The notes beneath the pieces are model-generated. The model made no database searches, was not told where the DNA came from, and worked only from the letters and a program-made list of their open reading frames with translations. Source: Lama glama (Eukaryota). From it: DNA of 64,000 bases. The translations under genes were made by a program, and so were the position numbers. The DNA is taken from assembly GCA_028534125.1 (NCBI GenBank), contig CM052816.1, forward strand, positions 35,528,001-35,592,000. The letters run 5' to 3'. This document shows, piece by piece, positions 46,481-61,215 of this stretch (positions are counted from its first letter, which is position 1; the number at the start of each line of letters is the position of its first letter).

Positions 46481-49400
46481 TAGGATTTGTCCTTCCTCTA
46501 CTTTTCCCATCAGAAAACAATGAGAGTTTCATTCACAAAACACTTCTTATGTAAGAATTAAGTCCTTAGTGTCAAAGGAATTCAGAGAAGGAAAAAGATC
46601 ATCGAGAGCTAGGGTATACTCGGGGAAGATTTCAGAGAGGATGAAGATTACCAGCTGGTGAAAGAAGGAAGGAAGGATTTGAACAGGAAAACTGGGCGAA
46701 ACAAAGTAAGCAGTATTATATGAACAAAGGTGAAAATCAGGCATGGCATATAAGAGAACATTTGGAATTTGTGATGACTTATGAGCATTTCAACCAGGTT
46801 CAAGTTGTTGACTTCTTGGTCATAAGCTAAGTGTAAAATTAAATAGCTTCTTCTGCCTGGTGTCTACCTGTAGCTAAACGAGTAAATTTGTTGTTGTGAG
46901 CTGTCTCTTCCAGACTCAACCACCCCACTGTATTTCATCAACTGCAGATTCAGATTTTTGACTCCTTTAATGTCTGCATTTTTCCATGTCTGCATTTTTT
47001 TTCATTTCCATATTCCTTGTCCAGAACTTTCACCTTCTTTTAGAATAGCAGTTTTATGCATTTTATTAGGTTTAACAGAATTAATTTAAATGCTCGTTGA
47101 TTTAATACTACTTATTTATTTAATTTATTTAATATTATTTATTTTTATTTGATAATATTATTAAATTAAACTTAAATGAGACCAGACTACTTGAATTTCT
47201 TACTATACAGCTCATATCATGTTTCAAAAATAACTATTTTAAAGATCTTGAATAATTTATAAAAGCCCTCAGAAATTTGAATTCATTAAACTTTTGGTTC
47301 CATTGATACATACATATACAAACTCTTCAGGGATGTCTTTTTTTTCCCTTAAAAGTAAGGGAAATAAAGCCTACTGGAATTGAAGAGTAATATATCCTTG
47401 TTTTTTTTTTTTTTTTATTCACCTGATATAGTTTAACTGTCCTATACGAAAGAGTTTATTTAGCCATCTTTACTCTTAATGGAGGCTGTCCCATTCAAAA
47501 TTATTCCTAATTCCTCAAAGGTACATATATTTAAAGTAAATCAGGTTAAATAGGAAATAATTGACCTTGTACACCATTGAAATTAGAAGATCCACTTGTA
47601 TAAATCTTATATACATATGTGAAAATATTTACTAACATATAAAATTCAGAAATAGCATAATGCTGCAGTGATAGTGTGAAAATGGTCTAATACCATTTTA
47701 ATTCATTTTCTACTTTTTAGAAAACCTCTTATTTAAGTATTGTTTAAAGTGCACATATATTGTAAGGTCAGTGAATCTTCACAAACTGAATACATCGTAT
47801 AGCCAGCATCCAGATCAAGAAACATTTCCAGTGCCCAAGAGTCCTCATCTCCATGACCCTTTTAGTCATTGCCCTACCCCAAGTGTGACCAGTATCATTA
47901 CTTCTAACAGCATAGGTTAGTTTGCCTCCTTTTCTATCAAAAACCATTTTTCTTTAAACATATATAACATTGTAGGAATATGTAAATGTTTTATAGTATG
48001 CTTGTTGTCTTTTATGTTTAATTTTTTAAATATTCAATTTTAAATGCTGTCTTCAGCCTGAAGGTAAAGGGTTCATAAATGAATTATCTGTGGCCTCAAA
48101 AGGAGGGAGGCTAATACACACACACAAAGATTTTGCCCCACCACAAATTCTTCCGACATAATACAATAGTAAGAAAACACACTATTTCATTTTGTTTTTG
48201 TCTAACATTTGGAATTATTTGGCATCAAAATGGAGGGTTTTCTTTTTTAAAACAATTTTTGTGATGCCATGTCACTAGCCTTTATTGGAAATAATTTTGA
48301 AACCTCCTTGAACAGTGAGAAAAAAAATCCAGCTTTATGAATCAGTGTTTATTCTATTTATGAATCAGTGTTATTCTGTCTCTTTCAAACCTTCTTGGTT
48401 ATTAATTTTTACCTTTAACATTTATTTTAAAGTATGTAGAATTAATCATAACAATTTTAGAGTAATTTTAACATAATTTTGAAAATCTCTACCAGCTAAT
48501 TCTTCCTCTTTGAACTTTGCACCACAGCCCCTGACTAGGACACTGAAAGGAACGGACACTCTTTGAGCTAAAGGATGTTAGTCTGAAGTGAGCTTGATCT
48601 GGTAGGATGGGCTCTACTTACAAATTGGCTGGCTGAAGCATTATCAGATATAAGTTTTGGTTTACCACCACGTTTTGTTTTAGGATTGCTGTATCTTAAC
48701 TATTTGGGATATCACCATGATACAAAGGAATATGATTTAAAGGAAGATTCCTAAAGAACAATAACATATACTTACTTTTTCAACATAAACTTTATACTAA
48801 AAGAAGATATTACATGTAAAAATGGAACACCCTAGGAAAATATATATAGAGAGAGTATATATTAGGTTAAATAGTTAAAGGAAAATATAAGAAATGTCCC
48901 CATTCATGCAGGCCTTAGCTTTGAGATATTTCAAAAGGATCTGCGGAGACTGTTTATTGCTTAGCCAAATGAATGTCAACGTGGAGACTGCACTGACATT
49001 GAACTTTCCTGATATATCAAAAATGTCAGAAAAACTACATGTGTTTAATAACTTGTTTAGAACATATTTGCAAATGGGGGTTTAGTATATCTTTGCATCT
49101 CTAATTACTTACCTGATGATTTCTTTTCATAGGGCCACAGATCACACATCAGAAATACACATGGACAAGAAATCATCACTTCTTCACCTTACCATGTCAG
49201 GCTAAAAAAATCTTTTTTTGTCCAGGCAAGCTTATATTAAAGACATAAAAGAAAAACATTTTAGAAATGAAAAAAGTACAAGAGCTGTGCTTTGAAAAAG
49301 AAACCAAAATCCAAATTATTCAGATGCTGGATAATGGCTTGATGAAACACCGACTCCCCCCACCTCCCAGTGTATGTTGGAAACTTTCCATGATAGAAAA

Positions 49401-49935
49401 AAAATTAAAACTTTGTCCCCCAAAGAACCCTTAGAACTGACATGAGTAATTCTTCCTGTTTCAATGGCACAAGTGCCATCAGTTACCTTTTTCATCATGT
49501 GGAAGAACAAAGGAAAATCTGCTTAATAATGACAAGGTTTTTAACATTAAAAAAAGATAGAAATTGGAAGAGTCATAGCTTTATTTATACATCTTTCTCA
49601 AGGCCAACAGTTTTTGGATTCTAGTTCCACTCTCAAGGAGACAAAGTATTCTTGTCTGATGTGTGATATTGGAAAGTTTCACTGTGCTCTGTATTTAATA
49701 CTATACTTATCATGTTAGTGCAGGATATTTGTGATACCTTCCATTTCCATAATAGAAAGTTAATTTCTTCCTGGTCTGACTAAATCTACTGATCACTCTA
49801 CTGTATATAGAGAGATGATTTATACCTCATTCCTCCTAGTTCTTGTTTGTCATAAGGAAAATCCGAGCATTGCATGGTCATATACTTGCCTACATGGTTA
49901 TATACCTGCTCCAGTTTATATTTTTAAAAGTCACT

Positions 49936-49957
49936 GTGTGTGTGTGTGTGTGTGTGT
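49936..49957. repeat. (TG)n microsatellite
   Basis: TGTGTGTGTGTGTGTGTGTGTG. Confidence 0.9.
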
Positions 49958-52900
49958 ATAATTTTTATCTCACTATTTTTAGATGTAAACAGGAAAAGTC
50001 ATATTTCATCACTTCTCTTACTTCATTTGAAAGAAATTCCGATTTAGTTTTTATTTCATTAAATACCATGATTAAAGCTCCCTACCCCAAGCAACGGAAT
50101 GATTTGCTTGAATATGTTAAAGGGTGTTTTATATAAGGTGCCCCTGAAAATAAATTATATTGACTCCTCATTTTCCAAGCTGATGGCAGGATTTTGTAAA
50201 ATAGCAGATAAACCATGCAGAGTTGTTTTTCTCCCAGTATAAGCAATATCTAAATACCAAAATCTGAAAGAGATAAAGTAGTAAGAGAAATTTCAATCTG
50301 AAAGAGCAGCCTTCAGGTTATTTCTGGGGAAGTGGATGAAGGTTACATAGCACATTTGTCATCCTGGAGTTTAATTTTTTAATCTTATCTGTAATGTGTC
50401 TTCATCACTGGTTAGGATATATACCCCCATGTTGTGTGTGTGTCTTCACTCAGTGCTATAGCTTGTGCAGAGTAAGAGAGTAAGAGCTCAGGTAACATCT
50501 TCTGGTAATGACAATGGCATGTGGCCTTTGCTCTGAAGCACAGAAATCAGATCCAGTTTTGAAAGACTGTGCTTAGTGGGAAAGCACTGAACTAAGGCCC
50601 ATGATGCAGAGCTGTGACGGCACCTTAGCTAGGATCACCTGGGGATGTTTTTAAGATACCAGTGCCAGGCTCCACCCGAGACCAGTGAAACCAGGACCTC
50701 TGTGGAAGCTGGGGACTGGGTGATGATTCTAAAGATCAGATTGAGATGAGTTCATCCAGTTCTGGTACTGCCTTCAAATATTCTGGGTAGCTTTGTGGGA
50801 AGGTATCTGGGGGAGTACAAATTACCATCCTTATATCAGAACTATTAAAGTCTGATTCTTGGCAGGGGTGGAGAGGGGGTGTCGGGGTGGCCAGTGGAGC
50901 ACTGTAGCTTTTTGTTGATGTTATTTAATGTTTCTCTGGTGAGTTTTATGATTAATTAGATTTTGGTATCATTGCTCCAGAGAACATTATCCTCTTTCAA
51001 ATGAAAAAAAAATATGTATTAAAAAATTTACATCTTCTACGTGCATGACATTTGCTTTCCATGACACTTCCCAGGCCTCCTGGACTAGTAACCATGAAGC
51101 CTCAGCCTTCTTCCTTGAACTCAGCCCTTTATAGTCTCGTCTCTACTTTCAGAAACTGTGTAGTCATGTTAGAGAAACCGAAGGCTTTTAGAAAACAAGA
51201 CCCCATGTTTGAAGACAGGTAGAAGGAGCCGAGAAGAACAGCTGACATTGTGTTCTTGGCTTAGTTATCTACAGTCGTGTACATTTTAATTAATCTTCAG
51301 AAAGTCTTAGTTTCACATGCCTATTAATATTATCACTTTTTAAAAATGTCCATTAATAAGTCAAGCTTGAAGTATAAAATCAGGCTTCATCAAATGTAAA
51401 CAGAAGATTTTAGCCAGTTAGCCTCAGGTTTGGTCCTGGCCTCATTCTGAAAGTTGATGTTTGCTGTAAGGGTAAAATCAGGTCGTTTTTAAGAGGGTAC
51501 TTCACTTCCGAGCTTAAATTCCAGGTGGGCAGTTACCTACATTATGCTGAGCAAAAGATCAGATCATCATGCTGTTTTTCATTTTTACATTTAATTAATG
51601 GATCAAAAAATTCAAACTTACCACTGCATCTAGTTGAGGAAATTTTATTCTTTTAGTCCATTTAAGCAAAATTTTTACATTTAAAAATAAAACATCTAAA
51701 TTTAGTCTATTACCAGAAGTACTGGTCATTTGTGTTTGATATTTCATTCATATGTAGTGAATGATCTTTAATTTAAATGCACTGCTCTATTCTTTATAAA
51801 ACCATTTCTTTGGTTATCTGCAAGAATACCACTCCCAAAACTAAAATACTTAGAAAAGGACTATTTGTAGCAGCCTATATATTCAACTCATACTAATTTT
51901 TCAGTGCTCTCAAGGTGTTGATTGTGCTTATGAAAGCGTTAGCACCCTGTATGACATCTTCAAGAGAAAATGATTGAATTTTTTTAAAATTGCAAAAGTA
52001 GAGGAAAAGTGTTTGACCAGTAAGTTCTCAGATTAATCTGTTTCTGCAGTAGGAAAAAGTGGTAATGAGTTGAAAGGTGATATCTTGCTAGACTCCTGGG
52101 TGTAGAATTTCTGAGTTTCAGACTAATCACAGAATTCAGGATGTTGTAGCTGTATCACGAAGAGGACTTCTGGATTTTTTTTTGTCATTTAATCTTTACT
52201 TTTTTAATTATTTTTATTTTAGAAAAAGAAGAAATATATTAATATTGGCCCTGTGCATGAAAGTAAACCTGTTGATATTTGTGTTGTATTGGTGATTTTC
52301 AATTATCATTAGTAGATTTTTTTGTTTGCTTTCAAACATATTATGTACAAAAATAAAATCCAGCAGTGTTCCCTTTTAGCTAATATTGATCAGCTACCAT
52401 CAGCATCAATTCAGTTTTACCTAATACATCCATGATGAATTCAATACTATCAAAACATTGTTTTTATCATCAAAATAAGTATAGATATAGTCATTGCTTG
52501 GCCTGACCAGAGCATCTCATTCATTCCTAGGGACACTGAAACCCATCTTCCAATTTTCTCATACCCAGCCATGGTTGCAGAGCATCTGTTCAACATGTGC
52601 TAAATCGTGTTAAATTTCTTGGCTTTGCACATCTTTATTGTAGCAATAGTCAAAAACAACAACAAGATGCCCACTAAAGACAGGTTTTATTTTCTGGATA
52701 CACAATGTGCAAAGAGCATGAGCAGACATCTGGCCAAGTCACACTATTGTCTTATTAGGCGTGTGTCTTGAGCTCCTAAATTTACATGAGCCTTTTTTAT
52801 CACCTTAAAAAAAAGAGAAGAATTTAGGTAGGAAGACATGAAAGAACTTATACAAAGCACCTGACTTATAACAGGTTTCATTTTGTAATTGATTGTTGTT

Positions 52901-55900
52901 TTTCTTTTGAAATGAAAATCCTGCTTTTTTCAGGATAAGTTTTAGCACTTGGAGCAAAAAAATTTTACTTACCTGCCTGACCATTATGAATCTGATTTTT
53001 TTTTCTTTCTAAGAAAAGATGCGTTTTGGTTAAAAAATTAAGTAATAGCATATATGAATAGCTGAACATCAATATTATTTATGTGGTTTGGGACTTTTAT
53101 ATAACAGTTACAAAATATCTTTCTCTTAATGATGCCTTTTTTCCAAATAACCAAGTATTGTACAGACAAAATTTCTAAAGTGTATGAACTATAATGTATT
53201 TTAAATTCCCACTTCCCTGTTTCTCCATTTCTTTCTTCTCAAAGGAGCAGATCATTTCTAGCCATCGTTTTATGAATGCTATCGCTAAAAACTATATCAA
53301 AGTTTCAGTTATGTGACTTTTTGGGCCACAGTTTATTAGTACTTTTCAACTTAAGATGTCAATAAATTTGCATAGACTTTTGGAAAATTTAGTAGCTTTT
53401 AATTAGAAAAAATATTGCTCAACCATATAAACATAGTTTTCCCACAATTGAACTTCCAATAAGTTTAAAATTATATCTTTATTAGATAATTCCATCCTCA
53501 AGTGTGATTCTTGGAATTCATTTTTCAGTTTTGTGTGACTGATAGTTTTCAAAATTATCATTATAAATAGGGCTGCACATTTGTAATTGTCACTCTATTA
53601 GCTAGAAACTTTAGTGTGTTAATATATGTTTTACTTTTTAATGAGAATAGTTATCAAGTTGTCAAAATAATTCCAATAAAGTATAATTTAATAGACTATT
53701 CTAAGTGATTTAGGCCTCTTTTAAACAGTTTGCTTGATTTCAGTGTGTATTCCTGTTATGTTCAAAATGCTATCAAGTTAAGATACTGAGATTTGAGTTC
53801 TTTTAATGTAGATAGGAATAGTTACAGCAACCTTATTCACATTGAGAGTAAAATGATAAATATAGCTAAATTAGTGTTAGCTTATGTTATGCTGTTCTAA
53901 CCTTTGAATAAACTGCTTTTTCCTTTGTGTTTAATCTAATTTTTTTCTTAGCATTGAAAAAGGTTAATTTGAGAGCACTGACATCCTTTGCGATGAGAAG
54001 TTAAACATGCCAGCCAAAAATCTCTCTATTAAAATAATTGTTTGTTTCAGGTTTCAGTGTATTAGCTTAGTTATGGTTGGTCTGACAAGACAGGAGGTAG
54101 ATTTATCAGTATAAAGAACATATATCTATATTAGACATTGAAATATTTACTCCAGCTACAGATATATTTTATCTCATAAATTTGTTGTGGTTACTGTGTA
54201 AAGTAGATACAATACTGATGATTTAGTAGATTATATTTCTATTCTGAAAAGTAAATTTATTTCAGCCACACTAGATAATATTATAACCTTCTACAGTTGC
54301 TAGGTTTTATGTTTTTAAAATGATTTTATCGTGGAAAATTTCAAACATTAACTAAAGTCTCTACCAAAAACAGTATTGAAACACTAAATACACATTACCC
54401 AACTTCAACAATTACCAAGGGCTAAATTTGCTTCATTTATACTCTCACCTTCTCTGCTTTTTCCCCACACCCTGAATTATTTTTAAGTGAATCCAAGAGA
54501 AAGTATGATGTATTTATAATTAGCAATTTGTATGGTACTTAATCATTTAAATATTAATATTTTGGGTGGTGTTTAATATTAGGCTGCATTTTGGCTGCAA
54601 ATTTATAGGTGACTGACCATGTACCTCTTGCACAGTGTTACTGTTTTCAGACAAGTGGAAAACATTTAAGAGTTCTCTTTGGAACTAGTTGCCATAGTTT
54701 AATACTGGATCATGCTGACATGTATAAATCATAATAAAGGTGGGGAAAATATGTGGGTATAAAGGGCCTGATAAAATGCCTGAAGTTACTTTATATTACG
54801 TTTCTTAGCAGTACGGCAGAACGTGAGAAACAGAGACCAATTTAAGAAGGTCCACTTAGGGCAGGCTGAAAACACACATCACAATCACAAAGAGAATAGA
54901 TATCAAACCCTGACAAGCTTTCAACAGAAAAGCCAGAATGTTCTCCAAGGTAATCCTGGAATAGCTACACAGTCTGCACCACCTCCACTGAACTTTTCAG
55001 CTTTCTCTTGAGACACTTGGCAACATGCCATATCAGCCCGATGCCAGCGGTACAAGGACTAATCATCCTTAGACATGGCATGCTCTGAAGGTGCATATAA
55101 TTCAAAACCTGAAATAGGATCACAAGACTGAGGCATCTATTTCCAATTAATTTGGTCACAGGAGTTTATCTGTCATCTTTGTTCTGTCACAGCAGTTTGT
55201 GGTAAACCTGCTTCACATGGATTATCAAATATTAAGAACAGTGGATTGCAGAATTTTCCCCCCAGTCAATTCCTATTTTGTCACTTTTGGTTTAAAGTAG
55301 ATGAAACTAGCCATGGGTTTAAAAATGAACTTGACATTTTCAAACCTCCATGAAAAGGAATTGGTCAAACTTCTGGCACAATGACATAGTGGGTTATCGT
55401 ATACACCATACTAATTCATTCTGATTTTCTACAAAAGGTGAGCATAGTTTTCATTCTAGAAAAGTATATGCAACTTCAGCAACAAAAATACTTGTTTCCT
55501 TTTGCCCCAAAATGCATATTTAGGGATTCTGTGCACAATATCCTTATTGTGTGCTAAAATGAATACGAATTTTCTGAATAATACTTCTCAATATTTTCCA
55601 CCTTAAAAGCATAACAAATGATTTCCTCCTCTGTGGTTATATAATTCCATTGCAAAACAAGTAGGAGGGAAGTTAGATGGCATGATAACAATTTTTAATT
55701 TATATTTAACTTTAACTCAGCTGTTCAGGCTATCTTGGTGCAAGAAACAAAACCTTGCTCAAGTCTGAACAAGGGGAAAGGTCATTAGAAGGATGCAGTG
55801 TGTGTTATAGCAGGTGGGTACCAGGAACTCCTGGGCATCTGGGGACTGGGCACAAGTTGTGTGACTGGCTTCCTCTACCCCAGAACTAGATCTGGAGTAC

Positions 55901-57070
55901 CTCCAAGAACCTTACAGGATGAGGGAGTAGACCTTTGTTAATATTGCCATTCCAACCATATGTGCTCTCTTGTTAATAGTTAGTATACTATGTCTGAATT
56001 TTGTAAAAATAATAATTAAGTACAATTTATGTTACACATTTACAAAATTTAAGAGCCTGAAAATTCATAATAGGAGATGGAAATGTAACTGTCACTTTTT
56101 GCAAATGTTTTAAATATCCGAGTGTGCCTTCATAATAGCTCTGGGAAGTTGATATTATTGTCTCCTGGTGATTTGTCCAATTTGATGAAACCAATTCATA
56201 AGGGAGAAGCTGAGAATCCAAAGCCCCTCCTGTACAAACCCCAAAGGCTGTGCTTGTTCACGAGACCATGCGGTCTGCCTGTGATAGAAATAGCAAGATT
56301 TCTAAAAATCACTGATGTGTGAGGGTCAGGATTGGCTACTTCATTTAGTCTCTTTAGGTCCTCAATTTTTTTGTTCACTTCAAAGCTGATTAAACCAATC
56401 CAGAGCACCCCTCCACCTTCTTTATCATCGCATCTTCCTCTTTTTCCTGTCCTCCCCTCGACTTCTGTTATTCCCTGCGCTGCCCAGATTCTTCCACGTC
56501 CATATGTGTTAATGATGGTTGGGTGTGATGCATCCAATCAAAATAACTAGGGAAACATGGAAGGCGTCAGCTTCCAGCCCCACCGGACTCTGCCCTCCTC
56601 TTCCGGCTTCACTGTTCTGACATTCTTACTGTTAGAGACACTACTTTGGGGTGGACCTTAGAGGCTGTAGTTTTTACCTCTGAATTTTCTGGTAAATTCC
56701 TGTTTACTGTGTGGAGAGAGGTTCCCCATCAACCGTATTCCCTTCTCCCTTTACCATCTTCGTATTGGTTTTGTTTATGAAGTTAATTCATTGTTATTCA
56801 AAAGGGAAAGAACACTGACCCAGTGCAGCTCAGATACAGGGCAGCCAGATGCCTTCCAGAACAAACAGCAGGACAACAACCAAGGCTGGGAAAGGAAATA
56901 ACACTAAAGAGAAGTCATCAGGTCTGCTCCTGATGAAGGGGAATGGAACTTCCATGAGTAAGAAAAGGGAGAAGCAGAGGCTGAGAGAAAGGGCAAGTAA
57001 GCTAGGAAAAGAAAGGAAACGACTTGATAAAAATGGAGGTTGCTAATAATTAAACAGCCAACTTCCCAAA

Positions 57071-57221
57071 CTTTTTTTTGTTTTTGTTTTTGTTTTTCCT
57101 TGCAGAGAGGGAATTAGGTCTATTTATTTACTTATTATCAGTTGTTTTTCTTTTAATGGAGGTACTGAGTGAGAATTGAACCCAGGACCCCGTGCATGCT
57201 AAGTACACACTCTACCCTTCC
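57071..57221 (-). mobile_element. tRNA-derived SINE (Vic-1-like)
   Basis: T-rich tail; TTAATGGAGGTACTG...ATTGAACCCAGGACCCCGTGCATGCTAAG; short flanking repeat CCCAAA. Confidence 0.85.
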
Positions 57222-60039
57222 CCCAAATTTTTTCTGAGCCTGGTCTCATAGGTGTGTCCCCAATGGCCCCAAGTGGTGATGGAGCATGAGGAGCCCTGTG
57301 GTCAGGACTGGGAAACATGAAAGCCACTCCTTTTGTTCCCTCCCTCAGAGTCTTGATTATAATGGAAATCCTGCCAGACCCTTAATTACGGAAGTACAAC
57401 AGGGATTAATATAATTCATCACCTGTTAGAAGGAGCACTTGTGGGCTATTTACTAGAAATCTATTAAATATGACACGAAGACAGATTGCACTCCATTTCT
57501 TAACATGACATTATAATCAGGATGTATGCTCAGTAAAATGGTTTATAGAACCCTTGTCCGTGAGTCCTATCAATTAACCTAAAATCTGCATAAATGAAGT
57601 GTAGCCAGTGTAGCACCCTGAACAAATGGATGCGTTTTTTCCTCTGGCTCTCAGCAGACGAAAGTTTCATTCTGTAACAAAAGTGTTGTTTTCATGGCAA
57701 GTTCATTGCCATGCATTATACTCACCAATGCATTGAGTGAAAGGATTATAAAAGAGTACTCACTTCGTGGTTGTGTTAACTGGATGTTGAAGGATTTGTT
57801 TTTACATGAACCCTGGTACATTTCCTTGACACCCTAATATAAAACTCTTTTGTATAGATAAGGTCAGTATTGATGGCCCAGTACTATAACTCTGTAAAGT
57901 ATGCCCTCCTGTACCTTAAAGTACAGATATCCTTTTAAGCTTTTGTGTTTGCAAAGAAAGAAAATTCATTTATGTATTACCTGCCTACCAGCTAAAGATG
58001 AGGATCTCTCTGACTTTAAGTGGACAATACGTATTTTCAAATGAATATTATCCTTGTGCTCGGGGTTCATCCTTGTCTTTTTTTTCACCTAGAGAATGTT
58101 ACATGAACTCTCCTCATGTAAGCTATCATTTTACTTAGGACTCCACTCTGTATTGCTCTAAAATTATATTAGAAATGTTGCACAGTGAACAAGCCATCAT
58201 GTTTAACATTTTCGTAATCAGATTTGGTTGAAATCTCTTTGTGTGTATTTCTGTAATAAAGTTAGAATAGATGCAAGCGCAGCTTTATCCATATGGAGGC
58301 ATTGTGTTTTTGGCTGCAGTGAAGGAAAGTAGTGGAAGAGGTCAGCCAACATGGTGGAGTGAAAAAGTCATCTGAGTGTGGCTCTAGAATATTTGTTTTT
58401 TACTTACTATGTTTATTCAGTGGCCTTTCTCCCTTGCACATGCTGGCAGGAGTAGCAAGGAGAATGTTGTTCTTGTATAATGTCCCCTGTCCTCCTGGCA
58501 TATTGTATTATGCTTTAAAATCGAAGCTGCCACTGCCAACCCAGATTTCTTTAAAGAGAACATACTTTTCTTCTGGCTGGAGTGGAGCCTGTGTTCATAA
58601 GACCAGTGGGACACTTAAAGCCCAGTGGAATTTGTGAGGGGTGACCTATTTAGTCACCTGTCCCTGCCCTGACTCAGCAGCCTTCTGCCCCTGCTCTTGC
58701 TGTTCTGCTCCAAGCAAGGGGTTACTCCTTTAGCCAATTCTCTCTCCTAGTGCAGACAGAGAAGAGCACTGACCCATGGCTCCTGGTCAGAATCTTCTGA
58801 GGTGTATCTGTGACCAGCACGGAGGGGTGCAGAAACAGTAAAGAAAAAAAAATGCTATGATGACATCAGGATTCTGGTTAAGAAGGCCTTTGGCTGTGAA
58901 CAGGATAATCAGATCCACAGGATTCATTTTCACCCTTCTCTCCTACTTCTCTCCAGCCTGAACTCCTTCTCCAGCCAGGATGGGCTTCTCATTCTCACCC
59001 TCAGTCCAGTCTCTGGGACCTTCCTTGCCCACACCCCAAATGCCTTCCCTTTTCCTCTCACCATCATGTCTCATCTCTTCTTTGAATTATCCGTTCCCTA
59101 GTGACAGTCAAGCACTTACTCACTTTTGTATCTCTTCCAGAATATTTTACTGAGGAGATAAAGTAAATATCTGTAGAGTTTAAAAAGTATTATTTCATTA
59201 AGTAAAATTTCTGTGTAGTTTTAGGTCTGTAATATCTTTAGAAGTAAGGTTAAGGATTTGCAAAAGCATGAAGATGCATTTATATTTAAAACTGTTCTTG
59301 TTAAAGAGGTTATTTCTTAATTTTCTAATCTTTTTCTTTGTACATCTTCAGTATAAGTAAACAGGATATATCTCTTGAAATCTAAAGGCATGAAAATAAT
59401 CCTTTCATTGTGTTCTTGTGTATCACTTGCATCTGAAATTAATGTTCTCTGAAGGATAGTTCAGGGTTCATGATGAATACTTATTAAAATGAACAATAGA
59501 AGTCCTTAGTGAGCTGTTAGTCCCAAAATAGAAATGGCCATTATCAATAATCAAGCCCCTATAATAGAGTCTTACTCTTTTCGAGGAGACCACAATGTTT
59601 GCTGCCTTATTTCCAGAAGAGGCTTTGAGAGAATCAGTGCCTGAAGTCACAGCTGTCAGACTCTGGAGTCTTAGCAAGGCGTGCTGGGTTGGAAAACCAG
59701 CTTTCCAAAGGGTCAAGGAAGCAGAAACTGATTTCTCACACACCATTACACAGTTTAACTAACATAACAAAATGCCAAATAATTGCTGGCACTAATGGGT
59801 AGGTGGATGTTTACTTTGTGTGGTTACCATGGATTCCCCTTAGCATTGATGGGCCTGCTGTGATTGAAATGCTGCAAATTTAAGGAAATAGCAGTGATAT
59901 GATTAGCTTGACTCAATAATTTGAAAAGGGTTTATTTATCTGAAAGACATGTAGAACTATATTATACCCAACTGGCTTTGACTTAACATATTGTCTTACC
60001 CTATGGGAGTTGTTTCAGTATTACGTAATTTGTTTAATC

Positions 60040-60042
<3 letters not shown>

Positions 60043-60076
<34 letters not shown>
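60043..60076. repeat. Perfect (GT)n microsatellite, ~17 units
   Basis: Uninterrupted GT run. Confidence 0.95.
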
Positions 60077-60078
<2 letters not shown>

Positions 60079-60079
60079 C

Positions 60080-60280
60080 TTTATTATATATCTTAACGTG
60101 TCATGTACTGGAATAAGCCCTTTACATGCATTATCCCATTTAATGTCATTAGATATAATCATCCCCACTTTATGGATTGGAAAACTGATGTGGAGAGAGG
60201 TTAAATAACTTGCCAATGAGCCCAGTAAGCAGTAGACCAAGGATTTAAATTCCACTGGGCCCCAGAGCCTATGCCTCAAC
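60080..60280 (-). mobile_element. MIR SINE
   Basis: ATCCCATTTAAT...ATCCCCACTTTATGGATTGGAAAACTGA...AGAGAGGTTAAATAACTTGCC. Confidence 0.75.
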
Positions 60281-60289
60281 CCTTATGGG

Positions 60290-60450
60290 TGCCCTATCCA
60301 GCAGCATCAGCATTACCTGAAAACATGTCAGAAATGCAGATTCTCAGGTCCCACCACAGCCATACTGGATCAGAAACTCTGGGGATGGGGCTCAGCAATG
60401 TGTTAACAAGCCCTCTAGGTGATTCTGATCATGCTGAAGCTTGAGAATCC
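60290..60450. mobile_element. MER5A-like hAT-Charlie MITE
   Basis: CCAGCAGCATCAGCATTACCTG...AGAAATGCAGATTCTCAGG...TCAGAAACTCTGGGG...AACAAGCCCTCTAGGTGATTCTGAT...TTGAGAATC. Confidence 0.88.
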
Positions 60451-60604
60451 CGGCCTTCCACCTTTCTTCCCCTCTCAAGCGTGGGTTCCCAGCCAGCTTC
60501 CCCAGCCTGCCTCTGTACCTCCTGGCATGCATGCCCTCATCCTCCAGCCCTTCCCCTAAGCCCGCTGTCTCTAATGAATCCAACCATACAAGGCATATTA
60601 AGTT

Positions 60605-60722
60605 TCTTTTTTTTTTTTTTTTGGCTGGGGTGGGTAATTTTTATTTAGTTTTTTGCTGGAGGATTGAACCCAGAACCTTGTGCATGCTAAGCATGCGCTC
60701 TACAACTTGAGCTATACCTCCC
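60605..60722 (-). mobile_element. tRNA-derived SINE (Vic-1-like)
   Basis: GGATTGAACCCAGAACCTTGTGCATGCTAAGCATGCGCTCTACAACTTGAGCTATACC; TSD-like ATTAAGTTT on both sides. Confidence 0.88.
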
Positions 60723-61039
60723 TGCCATTAAGTTTATTGAAAGAACAAGCTCTATGCTAGCTTTCTCTCTTGAACAAGCACTTTATCTGATCATTAGCTG
60801 ATGAAAGGTATGAACGTCCTGCCCAGAGAAATGCACATGTGTGTGTCCATGTAGAATTCGTTAACCATGTTTCCCTGGCTCAGATCCATGGGATGACCAT
60901 GCAGGGCAGGTGAACACTCTCAGATGGTGGCTATCAAGTATTGTCAAGGCTATATCCAAGGCCTCTAAATGCCCCTCACAACACAATAATGAGCAGTTCA
61001 TCTCTGTTCTGTAGTATATTTTCTTAAAAAAAAAAAACT

Positions 61040-61215
61040 GACCTCTGACACTTAATTATCTATAGGTGAACTTAAGCAAGACTAACCTTCTCTGAGCCTC
61101 AGTTTTTTCAAATCTGTAAACCAGGGGTAATAACACCTCCCTTGTAGGATCGTTGAAAATTTTGAGTAATAAGTTTAAAGCTCTCAGCATTGTAGTAGGG
61201 CACTCATTAAATTGT
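61040..61215 (+). mobile_element. MIR SINE
   Basis: AACCTTCTCTGAGCCTCAGTTTTTTCAAATCTGTAAA...GGGGTAATAACACC. Confidence 0.8.
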
